Shown: positions 10,137 through 21,484, numbered from the stretch's first letter. The stretch: 64,000 nt of DNA from an uncultured Anaerolineales bacterium (GCA_964450435.1 CAYVCX010000008.1:6548-70547); one strand, 5' to 3'. The notes: generated by a model not told the origin, from the letters alone. Numbers and translations are program-made.

Positions 10137-10658
10137 ATGCCGCGTTGCCACCGCGTCGAGCAGTTTCTGCGAGCACTGACTGCCCGGCGCAGGATCAACA
10201 AGCCGCGGATGGAACAAGTGGCGAGGACTCTGTCGCCAGAGGCTCAAGCTCTATTCGTCAAACAAGCCCCACAGGATCAGTGTCATGCACTGACCGTGTA
10301 CGAGACACTCCGTCAGCGAGGGCACACTAATGAGGATCTCCTGGCAGCCGCACTGCTGCACGACGTCGGCAAGGCCGCGGCTCAACTGCCCGCATGGCAG
10401 AGAGGGGTGTTCGTGCTGATCCAACATCTCGTGCCGCGCACCTTAGATCGCCTCACCGATGGGCAGGCCGACGGTTGGCGACGGGCTCTCGCCCGATATG
10501 CCAGTCACGCAGAAACTGGAGCGCGCTGGGCGGAGGCGGCCGGGTGCTCGCCGCTCACTGTCGAGTTGATCCGGCGTCATCAGCAGCAGCTGAGTACGTG
10601 TCGGACAACAGAAGACCACCTGCTCGCAGCGCTGCAGGCGGGCGATGACGCAAACTAG
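10137..10658 (+). CDS. HD domain phosphohydrolase
   Basis: Conserved H..HDVGK motif (ALLHDVGKAA). Confidence 0.55.
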   Translation: MPRCHRVEQFLRALTARRRINKPRMEQVARTLSPEAQALFVKQAPQDQCHALTVYETLRQRGHTNEDLLAAALLHDVGKAAAQLPAWQRGVFVLIQHLVPRTLDRLTDGQADGWRRALARYASHAETGARWAEAAGCSPLTVELIRRHQQQLSTCRTTEDHLLAALQAGDDAN

Positions 10659-10748
10659 AGCACACGGGGCGAAGATGGCAACCCCTCACTATGGGTGGGC
10701 GTTGCATCTTGCGCAGGACGTCAACACTTACAGGGGAAAGACACGATT

Positions 10749-11762
10749 ATGAACTCTAATCGGGTAGCAATCATCGGCATCGATCTGATCAGCGCCTCCA
10801 TCGCTATGGGGCTTCGAGATCAAAGACAGACCATGGAGATTGTTGGGTACGACACTGACCGCGCCATCGCCGACTTGGCGAAGGTGCGGGGGATCTTCGA
10901 TGAGGTGCCGCGCAAACCAGGTCCGGCCTGCCAGGGAGCCTACCTGGTGATCGTATCTGAACCCTTGACTGACATCGAGGCGACATTCGCTGCTATCTCA
11001 CCTCATCTGGAAGAAGGCGCCGTCATTACGGACACGGCGCGGCTCAAGGCTCCGGTGCTGCGGTGGGCTGAGGAAGTTCTCCCCGAGCATGTCTCTTACG
11101 TCGGCGGTCATTGCATCCCTAACCCAGCGGTGGTCGGGCTACGTTCCCTGGAGGGGCTGGGAGACGCCAGCGCAGATCTTCTTGAGGAAGCGCTCTACTG
11201 CTTCACGCCCTCATCCAAGGCTTCCAGCGCCGCAATCGAGACGTGCTCTGGCTTGGCCTATGCGCTCGGTGCGCACCCCTTCTTCCTAGATGTTGACGAG
11301 CACGACGGCCTACAAGCGGGCATCGAAGGTCTACCGGACTTACTTACCATCGCCCTGTTGAGAGCTACGGTTGACACACCGGGATGGAAAGAGATGCGCA
11401 AGTTTGCCGCGAACCGCTTCGCCGCCGCTACCGAGGCCGTCGATGATGCCGTCAGGCAGTATCCCTCAATATACCTGAACAGGAAGAATGTCCTCCGTCG
11501 CCTCGATTCACTTATGGAGGAGTTGGTGTATCTGCGCGGCGTGCTGAGTGGAGCTGACGAGGACATCTTGGCCGAGACTGCCACCGAAGCCGCCAAGAGC
11601 CGAGATCGCTGGATGAAGCAACGGCAACGGGGGATGTGGTCTGAAAAAGATGCTCTTGACACACGGAACGTACCGGGGGCTGCCCAACAGCTGAGCCGCA
11701 TGATCTTTGGCAATCTGGCCTCCCGCTTCAATCAGACGCCCGCCGACTCGGAGGAAGAGTAG
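10749..11762 (+). CDS. tyrA: prephenate/arogenate dehydrogenase family protein
   Basis: N-terminal Rossmann RVAIIGIDLI..., and central ...LGAHPFFLDVDEHD... matching the TyrA catalytic region. GGGAAAG RBS before the ATG at 10749. The ORF track's upstream M at 10695 lacks an RBS. Confidence 0.55.
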   Translation: MNSNRVAIIGIDLISASIAMGLRDQRQTMEIVGYDTDRAIADLAKVRGIFDEVPRKPGPACQGAYLVIVSEPLTDIEATFAAISPHLEEGAVITDTARLKAPVLRWAEEVLPEHVSYVGGHCIPNPAVVGLRSLEGLGDASADLLEEALYCFTPSSKASSAAIETCSGLAYALGAHPFFLDVDEHDGLQAGIEGLPDLLTIALLRATVDTPGWKEMRKFAANRFAAATEAVDDAVRQYPSIYLNRKNVLRRLDSLMEELVYLRGVLSGADEDILAETATEAAKSRDRWMKQRQRGMWSEKDALDTRNVPGAAQQLSRMIFGNLASRFNQTPADSEEE

Positions 11763-11794
11763 TACGAGAGATAGCCGCAGTCACTTGAGACGCC

Positions 11795-12994
11795 TTGCCT
11801 GATTCATACCGCATCCTGATGGTCGCTCCCACGTCCTTCTTTCTGGACTACGGCTGCCACGTGCGAATCCTGGAAGAGTCGCGGGCGCTCCAAAGGTTAG
11901 GGCACCAGGTGACCATTGTGACATACTACCTGGGACGCGATCTTCCCGATCTCGAGATCGTCCGTACAAGGCCGACTCCCTGGCGCGCCGACTACGAGGT
12001 TGGCTCTTCACTGCACAAGATTGCGTTCGATATGTTCTTGTTGTGGAGTGGCGTCAAGGTGGTGTTGAATCGCCATTTTGACTTGATCCACGGCCACCTG
12101 CACGAGGGAGCCCTGATCGGCTACATATTGAGCAGACTCAAAGGGGTGCCACTGGTGGCCGACTTTCAAGGGAGCATGACCAGCGAGATGGTGGATCACG
12201 GCTTTCTCGACCCGGATGGCCTTTGGTACCGTTGGGCACGGCTTCTGGAGTGGCGCATCAGTCATCTGCCCGACGCGGTCGTCACCAGCACGCAGATGAC
12301 GGCGGCGTTGCTAGAGCAGGATTTCGGCTGCGGCAGCAACTGTGTCCATCCGGTGCCAGACTCGGTCAGCCTGGACTTGTTCCGACCGAACGTGCTAGAC
12401 GCAGAGGCGGTGGCGCAGCGTCGAGCGGCGTTGGGCATCCCGGTTGGACGCCCGGTGGTGGCGTACCTGGGGCTTCTGGCCGACTATCAGGGCACACCCC
12501 ACCTCTTGCAGGCCGCACAGGTGCTCAAGGAACGAGGAGTAGATGCACATTTCTTGATCATGGGTTTTCCCAGCGTTGAACACTACCAAAAGATGACCGT
12601 AGAACTAGGAATCGCTGACCGGGTGACGTTCACCGGCAAGGTGCCGTATGACCAGGCCCCAGCCAATCTGGCATTGGGGGACATTGCTGTGGCTCCCAAG
12701 CTGTCCACCACCGAGGGTGCGGGCAAGATGCTCAACTATATGGCTATGGGACTGCCGACCGTCGCCTTCGACACACCCGTTAGCCGGGAATACCTGGGCG
12801 CGCTGGGTACATACGCCTCACCTACCGGTGACCCAGTGGCGCTGGCCGATGCTATCGGCGATCTCCTGACAGCGCCAATCCGCTGCCGCGAAATCGGCCA
12901 GCGCCTCCGCGAGCGCGCGGGCCGGCATTTCTCCTGGGATCGCACCGGACGCCACTTGATGAAGATCTATCGTACAGTACTGGAGCCAGCGTAG
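11795..12994 (+). CDS. glycosyltransferase family 4 (GT-B, group 1)
   Basis: ILMVAPTSFFLDYGCHVRILEESRAL N-terminus. Typical GT4 fold motifs and E..E region. Confidence 0.7.
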   Translation: MPDSYRILMVAPTSFFLDYGCHVRILEESRALQRLGHQVTIVTYYLGRDLPDLEIVRTRPTPWRADYEVGSSLHKIAFDMFLLWSGVKVVLNRHFDLIHGHLHEGALIGYILSRLKGVPLVADFQGSMTSEMVDHGFLDPDGLWYRWARLLEWRISHLPDAVVTSTQMTAALLEQDFGCGSNCVHPVPDSVSLDLFRPNVLDAEAVAQRRAALGIPVGRPVVAYLGLLADYQGTPHLLQAAQVLKERGVDAHFLIMGFPSVEHYQKMTVELGIADRVTFTGKVPYDQAPANLALGDIAVAPKLSTTEGAGKMLNYMAMGLPTVAFDTPVSREYLGALGTYASPTGDPVALADAIGDLLTAPIRCREIGQRLRERAGRHFSWDRTGRHLMKIYRTVLEPA

Positions 12995-13040
12995 AGCGAG
13001 CTGACAACCAGCCGACAGAGATGGAGAGAACCTGACGCCC

Positions 13041-13856
13041 ATGGGTATTCTCGCTCGACTCAGAGAACTGTGGCAGTATCGCGAACTGATCCGCAACCTA
13101 GTCATGCGTGATCTCAAGGTGCGCTACCGCAACTCCGTGCTCGGAATCGTCTGGTCGTGGGCCAACCCCCTGTTGATGATGCTGGTATTCACCGTAGTCT
13201 TCAACTTCCTTTTCGTCCGATCCGATCTGAGTCACTATCACGTCTTCTTGCTTTGCGCTCTTCTGCCTTGGCAGTTCTTCTCTCAGTCGGTAACCGAGGC
13301 AACCAATAGCATTGTCGGGAGTGCTCACCTGATCAAGAAAGTCTACTTCCCCCGTGAGGTGCTCCCTCTATCAATCATCCTCTCGAACCTGGTCAACTTC
13401 ATCATCGCGCTACCCGTGTTCTTCGGGCTAGCGGTCGTCTCCGGAGCCACCATCACGCCCTGGGCGCTGCTGTTGCCTATTCCGATCCTCGTTCAGGTGA
13501 CGTTCACTCTGGGACTATGCTTGATCCTGTCCACGCTCAACGTGTTCTACCGAGATACAAGGATCATCCTGAGCGTCGCTATGCAGGCGTGGTTCTTCCT
13601 TACGCCGGTATTCTACCCCATCACTCAGATAGGCGGCGAGAGGACGATGCTCGGTGTCACCTTCGACGCCCAACTCTGGCTCCGCCGCCTGAATCCAATG
13701 GCCTCGGTCATCGCGTCGTACCGTGACCTGCTGTACTGGGGCACCTACACAGGTCTGGACTTCCTCCTCCGCACTGCTCTGAGCTCGCTGATCATGCTGA
13801 CAATTGGTTACTTAGTCTTCCTGCGCTACAGTCCGCGTTTCGGCGAGGAGGTATAG
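13041..13856 (+). CDS. ABC-2 type polysaccharide/teichoic-acid exporter permease (Wzm/KpsM/TagG-like)
   Basis: Signature N-terminus ...RELIRNLVMRDLKVRYRNSVLGIVWSW.NPLL... and 6 TM helices. Confidence 0.75.
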   Translation: MGILARLRELWQYRELIRNLVMRDLKVRYRNSVLGIVWSWANPLLMMLVFTVVFNFLFVRSDLSHYHVFLLCALLPWQFFSQSVTEATNSIVGSAHLIKKVYFPREVLPLSIILSNLVNFIIALPVFFGLAVVSGATITPWALLLPIPILVQVTFTLGLCLILSTLNVFYRDTRIILSVAMQAWFFLTPVFYPITQIGGERTMLGVTFDAQLWLRRLNPMASVIASYRDLLYWGTYTGLDFLLRTALSSLIMLTIGYLVFLRYSPRFGEEV

Positions 13857-13958
13857 CAACAGCGGGACGTGGACCGCCCAGGGTGTAGGCACCTGCGATC
13901 AGAAGGTCTAAGTGCTCGAATGGTGGATCATCGGGCCACACACTTTCCTCATGCACAG

Positions 13959-16478
13959 ATGGATTCATACACGTTCGCTGAAGTGGTGGTCTTCTCTCCG
14001 GCCAGGGCATCAGAGGATCGCCCGGCCTTCACGTATCACATACCCGACAGCCTGGGCGGACGCATTGAGCCCGGTTCACTGGTTGTGGTGCCGCTGGGGA
14101 GTCGTCGGCTCTATGGACTCGTAGTCGGAATGAGCGATCGGGCGCGGGTCCCAGAGACCCGCCCTGTCCTGTCTCTTGCCGATCCCAAACCCGTTCTGAC
14201 ACAGGAACAGATTAAGCTTGCCCGGTGGATGCGCCGGGAGTATCTGGCATCACTCTACGAATGCGTGGAGTTGATGCTCCCACCAGGTATGGTTGGCCAT
14301 GCCGACGTGAGAGTCGCCCTGAAAGGCGAGATCCCGGACGGCGCAGCCAATACTGACGCCCAGGCAGATTTGCTGGCCCTGTTGCAACGGCGCGGTGCTC
14401 TCCGGGGAACCCAGCTGGATTCGGCGCTGCGAGGTGTCGACTGGAGGGCGGCCGCCGAGCAACTGGCGCAACGTAACGTCGTGAGCCGGGAATCATTCCT
14501 CGCTCCCCCCAGGGCGCGGCCCAAACGCGTCGATACTGTCCGGCTGATAGCTGGAACGGACGAAGGGACCGGGCTGCAGGGTCTGCGCAGCGAGTACTAC
14601 CCGCCGATCCTCAATCTCCTCAAGGCCGAAGACCGACCCCTGGCAGTCCATCGGGTGTATGAGGAAACTGGCTGTGGGCGATACCACCTGGAAAAGCTGC
14701 AGGAGCGGGGCTTGATTGCCTTTGGCAGCCGGGAAGTCTGGCGCGACCCCCTTTCCGATGAGGTCTTCGTCCCCACCACACCGCCACCGTTGACTCCCGA
14801 TCAACAGGCTGTCTGGAAGCCCATATGCCGGTCCATCTCTGCTTTCGGGTCTGATCCTTTCCTCGTCCACGGCGTGACGGGTTCTGGGAAGACGGAGATA
14901 TACCTCCGTGCCGTCGCCAGGGTGTTGGAACAAGGCCGTGAGGCGATCGTCCTCGTCCCGGAGATCTCCTTGACACCCCAGACCGTCACCCGATTCGCTG
15001 GTCGCTTTCCGAACCGGGTCGCGGTACTCCACAGCGCACTGACCGACGGTGAGCGCTACGATACGTGGCGCCGCATCCGCGCCGGACTAGTCGACATCGT
15101 CATTGGACCGCGTTCAGCGCTGTTCGTCCCGTTCTCGTCGCTGGGACTGATCGTGCTGGACGAGGAGCACGATGACAGTTACAAACAGGAGGCGCCGCGC
15201 CCCCGCTATCACGCCCGTGATGCGGCACTCCACCTGGCGCAGCTCAACGACGCGACGGTCATCCTCGGCTCGGCAACGCCGAGCCTGGAAACGTACCATC
15301 GCGCCAAGCGCGGTGAACTCCAATTGCAGGAAATGCCGCGCCGGATTATGGGTCACACTCGCCGCCTGCAGGAACTCCAGGCCCGCTACCACGTCCGGAC
15401 CCTGCGCTATGAATCCATGGGCAACCAAGCGACTGAGGCTCGCTATCTGCCGCTGCCTCCGGTACAGGTCGTCGATCTGCGGGCTGAGCTGCGCGCCGGC
15501 AATCGGTCTATCTTCAGCCGCACGCTACAACGAACAATGGATGAGGCGCTGGCAGGTGGTGAGCAGGTGATTCTGTTCCTCAACCGGCGCGGAACTGCGA
15601 CATTTGTGCTGTGCCGCGACTGCGGTTTCGTGGCCCGCTGTCCCCGCTGTGACGTGCCCTTGACCTACCACGGATACCGGGCTCGACTGGTCTGTCATCA
15701 CTGCAATCATCGCGAGGCACAGCCCAAAGACTGCCCGCGATGCGGGGGGAGCCGCATTCGGTACTTCGGTCTGGGGACAGAGCGAGTGGAACGGGCAGTG
15801 CGCGAGCGCTGGCCCGACGCGCGACTGCTACGCTGGGACCGAGACACCGCCCGGAGCCACGAGGCTCATGCGAACATCCTGAGACGCTTCGCTGGCGGTG
15901 GCGCCGATGTCCTCGTGGGTACGCAGATGATTGCAAAGGGGCTCGATTTGCCGTTGGTCACCGTGGTGGGTGTTATCTCGGCCGACACAGCGCTCAATCT
16001 ACCTGACTTCCGTTCTGGGGAGCGCACGTTCCAGCTACTGACACAGGTGGCGGGACGTGCTGGCCGGGGCCTCCTGGGAGGGCAAGTCGTCATCCAGACC
16101 TACCATCCTGACCACTACGCCGTAGTGGCTGCGTCCAAGCACGACTATCGGGCCTTCGCCAAGAAGGAGTTGGCCTTCCGCCACGAGCAGAGGTACCCGC
16201 CTTACAGCCGGCTGGCAAAACTGATCTACGATGATGCTGATAATTCCCGCGCTCGAAGCGAAGCTGAACAGATGGCGGAGCGGCTGCGGAAGGCCCTGGC
16301 AAGCAGCGGCTTGCCTGCAGCCAACCTCATAGGGCCAGCGCCGCCCTTCTTCGCTCGCTTGCGGGGTCGCTACCGCTGGCAGATTCTGGTCCGCCACCCG
16401 GCCCCCCCCACGCTGCTCCGCAGCGTGCAAATCCCCGCTGGGTGGCGCGTCGAGGTGGACCCGGTGAGCGTGCTGTGA
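13959..16478 (+). CDS. priA: primosomal protein N' (replication restart helicase PriA)
   Basis: Walker A HGVTGSGKTEIY, DEEHD box, and Cys4 zinc-finger CRDCGFVARCPRCD..CHHCNH..CPRCG. The ATG at 13959 gives a typical PriA N-terminus (MDSYTFAEVVVF). The ORF track starts further upstream at 13869. Confidence 0.85.
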   Translation: MDSYTFAEVVVFSPARASEDRPAFTYHIPDSLGGRIEPGSLVVVPLGSRRLYGLVVGMSDRARVPETRPVLSLADPKPVLTQEQIKLARWMRREYLASLYECVELMLPPGMVGHADVRVALKGEIPDGAANTDAQADLLALLQRRGALRGTQLDSALRGVDWRAAAEQLAQRNVVSRESFLAPPRARPKRVDTVRLIAGTDEGTGLQGLRSEYYPPILNLLKAEDRPLAVHRVYEETGCGRYHLEKLQERGLIAFGSREVWRDPLSDEVFVPTTPPPLTPDQQAVWKPICRSISAFGSDPFLVHGVTGSGKTEIYLRAVARVLEQGREAIVLVPEISLTPQTVTRFAGRFPNRVAVLHSALTDGERYDTWRRIRAGLVDIVIGPRSALFVPFSSLGLIVLDEEHDDSYKQEAPRPRYHARDAALHLAQLNDATVILGSATPSLETYHRAKRGELQLQEMPRRIMGHTRRLQELQARYHVRTLRYESMGNQATEARYLPLPPVQVVDLRAELRAGNRSIFSRTLQRTMDEALAGGEQVILFLNRRGTATFVLCRDCGFVARCPRCDVPLTYHGYRARLVCHHCNHREAQPKDCPRCGGSRIRYFGLGTERVERAVRERWPDARLLRWDRDTARSHEAHANILRRFAGGGADVLVGTQMIAKGLDLPLVTVVGVISADTALNLPDFRSGERTFQLLTQVAGRAGRGLLGGQVVIQTYHPDHYAVVAASKHDYRAFAKKELAFRHEQRYPPYSRLAKLIYDDADNSRARSEAEQMAERLRKALASSGLPAANLIGPAPPFFARLRGRYRWQILVRHPAPPTLLRSVQIPAGWRVEVDPVSVL

Positions 16479-16829
16479 CCGATGTGAGGAAGCGAAGACA
16501 ATTCGCGTCCAGATCGGGGCGTCCACTCCGGCGGAGCGATTGAGCTTACGTCCAGGCCGGAGCCCGAGTGTTGACGGTGGGGGGAGAAGTCGTTTTCTCA
16601 CTTCAGGGCCGGCGAGGGAATGGCGGGTTCTCCAGATCGCGCCTCCCCTCGTGGGTCCAGTCTCTGTCTGGAGGTCTGTCACAGACAGCCGATGCGGCAC
16701 CGGGCCTCGCAATGGCTAGAATTGGATGTTGCCTGCAGGCCGGGGACTCACGGCTGGTGGGGGGCAGGCAGTTCCTCCGTGAAGATCAGGGGCGCCAACG
16801 AATCACCCAGCCTACTCACACAGGAGTCG

Positions 16830-16858
16830 TTGTCTCTCAGAATGAACAATGTTATAAT
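16830..16858 (+). promoter_or_regulatory. promoter TTGTCT-N17-(TG)TTATAAT upstream of coiled-coil/selB genes
   Basis: Extended -10 TGTTATAAT, ~50 nt upstream of the ATG at 16910. Confidence 0.4.
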
Positions 16859-16909
16859 CGACCTTGGTGCACTTGCATCTCGCACTAGCAAAGATGGGAG
16901 GAGCAGGCT

Positions 16910-18121
16910 ATGGTGACGAAGATTACGGAGTCGATGGATTCTGCACAGGCTCTGCAGACGCTGAAATGGCTCGACGAGCAGCGCCGTGCCGACAAAGCGA
17001 CAATCGCGACACTGGAAGAGCGATTGCAGGAACAGCAACGAGTGCTGAGTAAGCAGTCAGCGCAGATTCAAGAACTGCGATCTTCGCTGGCTGGTGTCGA
17101 AGGCGTGCTCTCCAGGGTCGATGAGTTCGAGCAGATGATCTCGAATTACAAGAAGGAGATGACCTATCAGCTCGAGCAGCGTGATGAGACCTGGCGCAAG
17201 GAGCGAGCCGAGTCGAAGCAACTGCGGCAGATTGAACATGAGGCAATAAAGAAGCATCTTGGCCGTCTGGAGAAGGACCTTCGTGTCCTTCCTCGGTACG
17301 ACGAGCAACTGAGTGCCCGTGAGGCTGAGGAAGAGCGCCTGACGAGCAGGATCCAGGCACTCGAAGTAACGTTGGCGGACCTGAGCAAGCGGCTTGAGGA
17401 ACCGACGAAAGCCGTGTCGTATCTGGAGGAGCGGCGGCGCTCGGACCACCGGCGCCTTACCGAGTTCGAGCAAGAGATCCCGGATTTACACAGAAGGATC
17501 GACAGTGTCGCGCAGAAGCTTCCTGCGCTGGAGCAGCGCTTGCAGAAGCACGATGCCCGGATCGAGCAGGTAATCCAGGAGACCCGAAGGTATGACGAAC
17601 CCATTGAGGAGCTACGTATCTCCAGCTTCCAGAGAGAGCAGAAGGTGCAGCGGTATCTGGATCAGGGTGAAGAGGTAGCAGAGGAGTTGAAGCGGCTCCG
17701 CGAGCAGACGCACGGCTTCATTGAGCGAAAGCAGCAAGTGAAACGGGCTTTGAGTGCCCTCGAGAAATTCAAGACACGCCTCGAGAGACGTCAGGACGAG
17801 ATGGCTGAGAGGCAGCGCATCGCCGAGGAGAGGATCGTGCGAGAGTGGGAAGAATGGCAAGCGGCACGAGCCAAGGAGTTGACGAAGCAGGCGATGATTC
17901 TCGAGCAACGTGGGCAGGCACACGAGGAGATCAGAATTGCCCACGAGAGGCGGCTAGAGGTATTGGAGGCCGCCGTCAAGTTGTACCGCGACCAGCTGAC
18001 GGCCATATGGGAGACGCAGCGCGCCGATGCTGGAAGTCTGTTGAGTGCTGCTCAGGACGTGTATCGGGAGCTCGTCGCGCCGATTGATGAGCAGCTGGCC
18101 AAGCTGCGCGGCGAGCAGTAA
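16910..18121 (+). CDS. hypothetical all-alpha coiled-coil protein (E/R/Q/L-rich, no TM)
   Basis: 403-aa ORF with heptad-like charged repeats throughout. GGGAGGAG RBS. It ends 10 nt before selB. Confidence 0.5.
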   Translation: MVTKITESMDSAQALQTLKWLDEQRRADKATIATLEERLQEQQRVLSKQSAQIQELRSSLAGVEGVLSRVDEFEQMISNYKKEMTYQLEQRDETWRKERAESKQLRQIEHEAIKKHLGRLEKDLRVLPRYDEQLSAREAEEERLTSRIQALEVTLADLSKRLEEPTKAVSYLEERRRSDHRRLTEFEQEIPDLHRRIDSVAQKLPALEQRLQKHDARIEQVIQETRRYDEPIEELRISSFQREQKVQRYLDQGEEVAEELKRLREQTHGFIERKQQVKRALSALEKFKTRLERRQDEMAERQRIAEERIVREWEEWQAARAKELTKQAMILEQRGQAHEEIRIAHERRLEVLEAAVKLYRDQLTAIWETQRADAGSLLSAAQDVYRELVAPIDEQLAKLRGEQ

Positions 18122-18131
18122 CGACAAGACT

Positions 18132-20084
18132 ATGCGCGTCATTGGCACTGCCGGTCACGTAGACCACGGGAAATCCGCTCTGGTTCTGGCTCTCACAGGG
18201 ATCGACCCAGACCGCCTCCGTGAAGAGAAAGAGCGCGGTCTGACCATCGACCTGGGCTTCGCGTGGCTCACGCTTCCGAATGGCGAATCGGTGGGAATCG
18301 TTGATGTGCCGGGTCACCGTGACTTCGTCGAGAACATGCTGGCCGGTGTAGGCAGCATCGACGCGGCGCTTTTCGTCGTCGCCGCCGATGAGAGCGTAAT
18401 GCCGCAGACCAGAGAACACCTGGCCATCCTCGACATTCTGGAGATCGAGGCAGGGGTCGTCACGCTGACCAAGACGGACCTCGTGGAGAATGAAGAGTGG
18501 CTCGATCTGGTGGTGGACGATGTCATTGAGACCCTCGAGGGGACCGTGCTGGAGAACGCGCCGCTCGTACTTACGTCAGCCCGAACGGAGCAGGGCCTCG
18601 ATGAGTTGATGTATGCACTGCAGGAAGTGCTGGCCGACGTCGAGCCCCAGGCTGATCGGGGCCGGCCCAGGCTTTCGATCGACCGAGTCTTCACCGTCAG
18701 CGGGTTTGGCACTGTCGTCACCGGCACGCTCATCGACGGCTATCTTCGGGTGGGGGAGGAGGTGGAGATACAGCCCCAGGAATTGAAGGCCCGCATCCGT
18801 GGCCTTCAGACTCACAAGGAAGCGGTCGAGCGGGCCGTGCCGGGGAGCCGAGTAGCGATCAACCTCAGCGGTGTTGACAAAGACGCACTGAAGCGTGGTG
18901 ACGTCGTCACGTCTCCTGGTTGGCTGCACCCGACGACCCTAGTGGACGTGCAACTGCGTTATCTGCCCGATATGCTCTGGGCAGACCTGGGCCAGTTCGC
19001 CCAACGCCCGCTGCGACACAACACGCGACTCAAGTTCTACACCAGAGCCGCTGAGGTCATGGCCCGCGTCCGGCTGCTGGGCAAAGAGAGACTGTTGCCT
19101 GGCCAGACTGGTTGGGTTCAACTGGAGCTCCAAGAGCCCGTGGCCGTAGTTAAGGGGGATCGCTATATTGTGCGTCTGCCATCGCCTCCCACAACGGTGG
19201 GGGGCGGCATCGTTGTGGACCCTCATCCCGGCCGCAAGCACCGTCGATTCCGCTCCCCTGTCGTCGAGCACCTGAAGACGCTGGCTCAGGGCAGCCCGTC
19301 GTCAATACTGCTGCAGACTCTGGAACGGCAAGGGCCTGTGTCCATTGGAAGCCTGTTCGAGGCTGCGAGACTCGGAGAGGATGCGGAGAGAGCTTTGATC
19401 CAGTTGCTGGACGAGGACCAGGCAGTCCTTCTGACGGGAGGAAAGAATCAAGAGCGCACGGCCGCGCACTGGAGCCGGGCCGGTGAGCAATTGGTGGTCG
19501 CCAGGGATTGGTGGAGACAACTGATGACTCGCGCGACCGACGAACTCTCGGCCTATCATAAATCGTTCCCTCTGCGAACAGGGATGCCTCGAGAGGCGCT
19601 GCGCAGCAGCTTGCGCCTGACTCCCCGGATCTTCGACGCAGCGATGGCTCAGGCCAATGCTGAAGGCGTGGTCGTTGACGAAGGGGCTACCGTTCGACTG
19701 CCGTCTCACACCGTCGAGTTGGGACCGGGGCAGAGGCAACGCGTGGAGGATCTGCTAGCCCGCTTCCATCGCGAGCCATATGCGCCGCCGTCGGTTAAGG
19801 AGAGCGCTGAAGCCGTGGGGGAGGACGTGCTAAGGGTGCTACTCCAGCGAGGGGAGCTGGAGCAGGTAGGACCAGACGTGGTGTTCCTGTCCGAGACCTA
19901 TCAAGAGATGGTCCGCCGGGTTGAAGAGACGATCCAGCGACAGGGGAGCATCACGCTTGCCGAAGTGCGGGACATGTTTGACTCGAGCCGCAAGTATGCG
20001 CAGGCCCTGCTGGAGCACCTAGACGAGGCGGGGGTGACGAGGCGAGTCGGTGACAAGCGCATCTTGCGTCAGATGGGACGATGA
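18132..20084 (+). CDS. selB: selenocysteine-specific translation elongation factor SelB
   Basis: GTPase N-terminus [17 protein letters not shown]..., DVPGH motif, NKTD-type TKTD motif. Long C-terminal extension consistent with mRNA(SECIS)-binding winged-helix domains. Confidence 0.85.
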   Translation: MRVIGTAGHVDHGKSALVLALTGIDPDRLREEKERGLTIDLGFAWLTLPNGESVGIVDVPGHRDFVENMLAGVGSIDAALFVVAADESVMPQTREHLAILDILEIEAGVVTLTKTDLVENEEWLDLVVDDVIETLEGTVLENAPLVLTSARTEQGLDELMYALQEVLADVEPQADRGRPRLSIDRVFTVSGFGTVVTGTLIDGYLRVGEEVEIQPQELKARIRGLQTHKEAVERAVPGSRVAINLSGVDKDALKRGDVVTSPGWLHPTTLVDVQLRYLPDMLWADLGQFAQRPLRHNTRLKFYTRAAEVMARVRLLGKERLLPGQTGWVQLELQEPVAVVKGDRYIVRLPSPPTTVGGGIVVDPHPGRKHRRFRSPVVEHLKTLAQGSPSSILLQTLERQGPVSIGSLFEAARLGEDAERALIQLLDEDQAVLLTGGKNQERTAAHWSRAGEQLVVARDWWRQLMTRATDELSAYHKSFPLRTGMPREALRSSLRLTPRIFDAAMAQANAEGVVVDEGATVRLPSHTVELGPGQRQRVEDLLARFHREPYAPPSVKESAEAVGEDVLRVLLQRGELEQVGPDVVFLSETYQEMVRRVEETIQRQGSITLAEVRDMFDSSRKYAQALLEHLDEAGVTRRVGDKRILRQMGR

Positions 20085-20116
20085 CTTGCAGCACGGGTTG
20101 CTTCAGGCATTCCACC

Positions 20117-21484
20117 CTACTCACTGCGCTCCATCTCTCTGCGTTTCATCGCTCGCATGCGTTCAAGGATCTCCCGCTCGTGGCCGTGCCCCGCGGGCCT
20201 GAACCACTCAGCACTGACCCCGTCCGGCAAGTACCGCTGGTAGACCCAGCCTTCCGGGTAAGCGTGGGGATACTTGTAGCCATCGTGCTCTTCCATTGTC
20301 CGCTTGTAGTGGTCGTGTAGCGCACCGCGGAAGACATCGCTCTTGTCCCGCAGATGAGCCGGCACCGGCCCGGCTCCTCGCTCCCGCACCTCCTCCAGTG
20401 CCTTCCAGTAGGCACCCACAGCGTTGGACTTAGGAGCCGTGGCGAGATAGAGCGTTGCCATCGCCAGGTGGTATTGTCCTTCTGGCATCCCCACCCACTC
20501 GAACGCCTGAGCACAGGCGTCGACAACCTGAACTCCGTTCGGATCGGCCAAGCCGATGTCCTCGGCCGCCAGGATGTACAAGCGGCGGAGGATGAAGCGC
20601 GGATCCTCGCCCGCGGCGACCATCTTTGCCAACCAATAGAGCGCCGCATCGGGGTCGCTGCCCCGCACCGACTTGATGAAAGCTGAAGCGGTATCGTAGT
20701 GTTGATCGCCCGACTTATCGTAGCGCAGTGCCCGCTGCTGGATTGAATCTTCGGCTACCTCCAGAGTAACGTACGTACAGCCGTCTTCGTCGGGCGGCGT
20801 ACTTTCCACGGCCAATTCCAGAGCATTAAGGGCATCCCGGGCATCACCTCCAGCGACTCGCACCAGATGGGCCAAGGCTTCATCCGCGATCCGAACGCAG
20901 CGATCCCCATAGCCGTCCTTGACATCTTCGACGGCCCGCCTCAGAACAGCCTCCACCTCGTGGTCAGCCAGCGGCTCAAACTGGAAGATCCGGGACCTGG
21001 AGACGAGAGGCCCGATGACCTCGAAGTAGGGATTCTCCGTCGTAGCGCCGATGAGGACAATCGTACCGTCCTCGACGTGGGGCAACAGGGCATCCTGCTG
21101 TGCCTTGTTCCAGCGGTGGATCTCGTCCACAAAGAGGATGGTGCGCTGAGCGTACATGCCCAGCCGATCCTTGGCTTCCTTGATGATACGTCGGAGGTCG
21201 GCCACCCCGGTCAACACCGCGCTCATAGTCTCGAAGTGCCTCTCGGTGGAGTTGGCGATGATCATAGCAAGGGTCGTCTTGCCGGTTCCTGGAGGACCCC
21301 AGAAAATCAACGAGGAAAAGAGTCGATCAGCCTTGATGGCGCGATAGAGTAGCCGTCCGTCTCCGACGATGTGCCTCTGCCCGACAAACGCCTCGAGGGT
21401 TCCAGGTCGCACACGCGCCGCCAGGGGGGCCTGACGGCGAATCTGCTCCTGTCGACTGTGTGCAAACAAGTCGTCCATTCTCAA
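20117..21484 (-). CDS. rarA: replication-associated recombination protein A (AAA+ ATPase RarA/MgsA)
   Basis: [13 protein letters not shown] Walker A. RarA-type lid and C-terminal domain. Confidence 0.85.
   Translation of the reverse strand: MRMDDLFAHSRQEQIRRQAPLAARVRPGTLEAFVGQRHIVGDGRLLYRAIKADRLFSSLIFWGPPGTGKTTLAMIIANSTERHFETMSAVLTGVADLRRIIKEAKDRLGMYAQRTILFVDEIHRWNKAQQDALLPHVEDGTIVLIGATTENPYFEVIGPLVSRSRIFQFEPLADHEVEAVLRRAVEDVKDGYGDRCVRIADEALAHLVRVAGGDARDALNALELAVESTPPDEDGCTYVTLEVAEDSIQQRALRYDKSGDQHYDTASAFIKSVRGSDPDAALYWLAKMVAAGEDPRFILRRLYILAAEDIGLADPNGVQVVDACAQAFEWVGMPEGQYHLAMATLYLATAPKSNAVGAYWKALEEVRERGAGPVPAHLRDKSDVFRGALHDHYKRTMEEHDGYKYPHAYPEGWVYQRYLPDGVSAEWFRPAGHGHEREILERMRAMKRREMERSE

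Noticed and set aside
13869-13958. Upstream extension of priA to the ATG at 13869
   Set aside because: The extension (MDRPGCRHLRSEGLSARMVDHRATHFPHAQ) is non-conserved. The ATG at 13959 gives the canonical PriA N-terminus.
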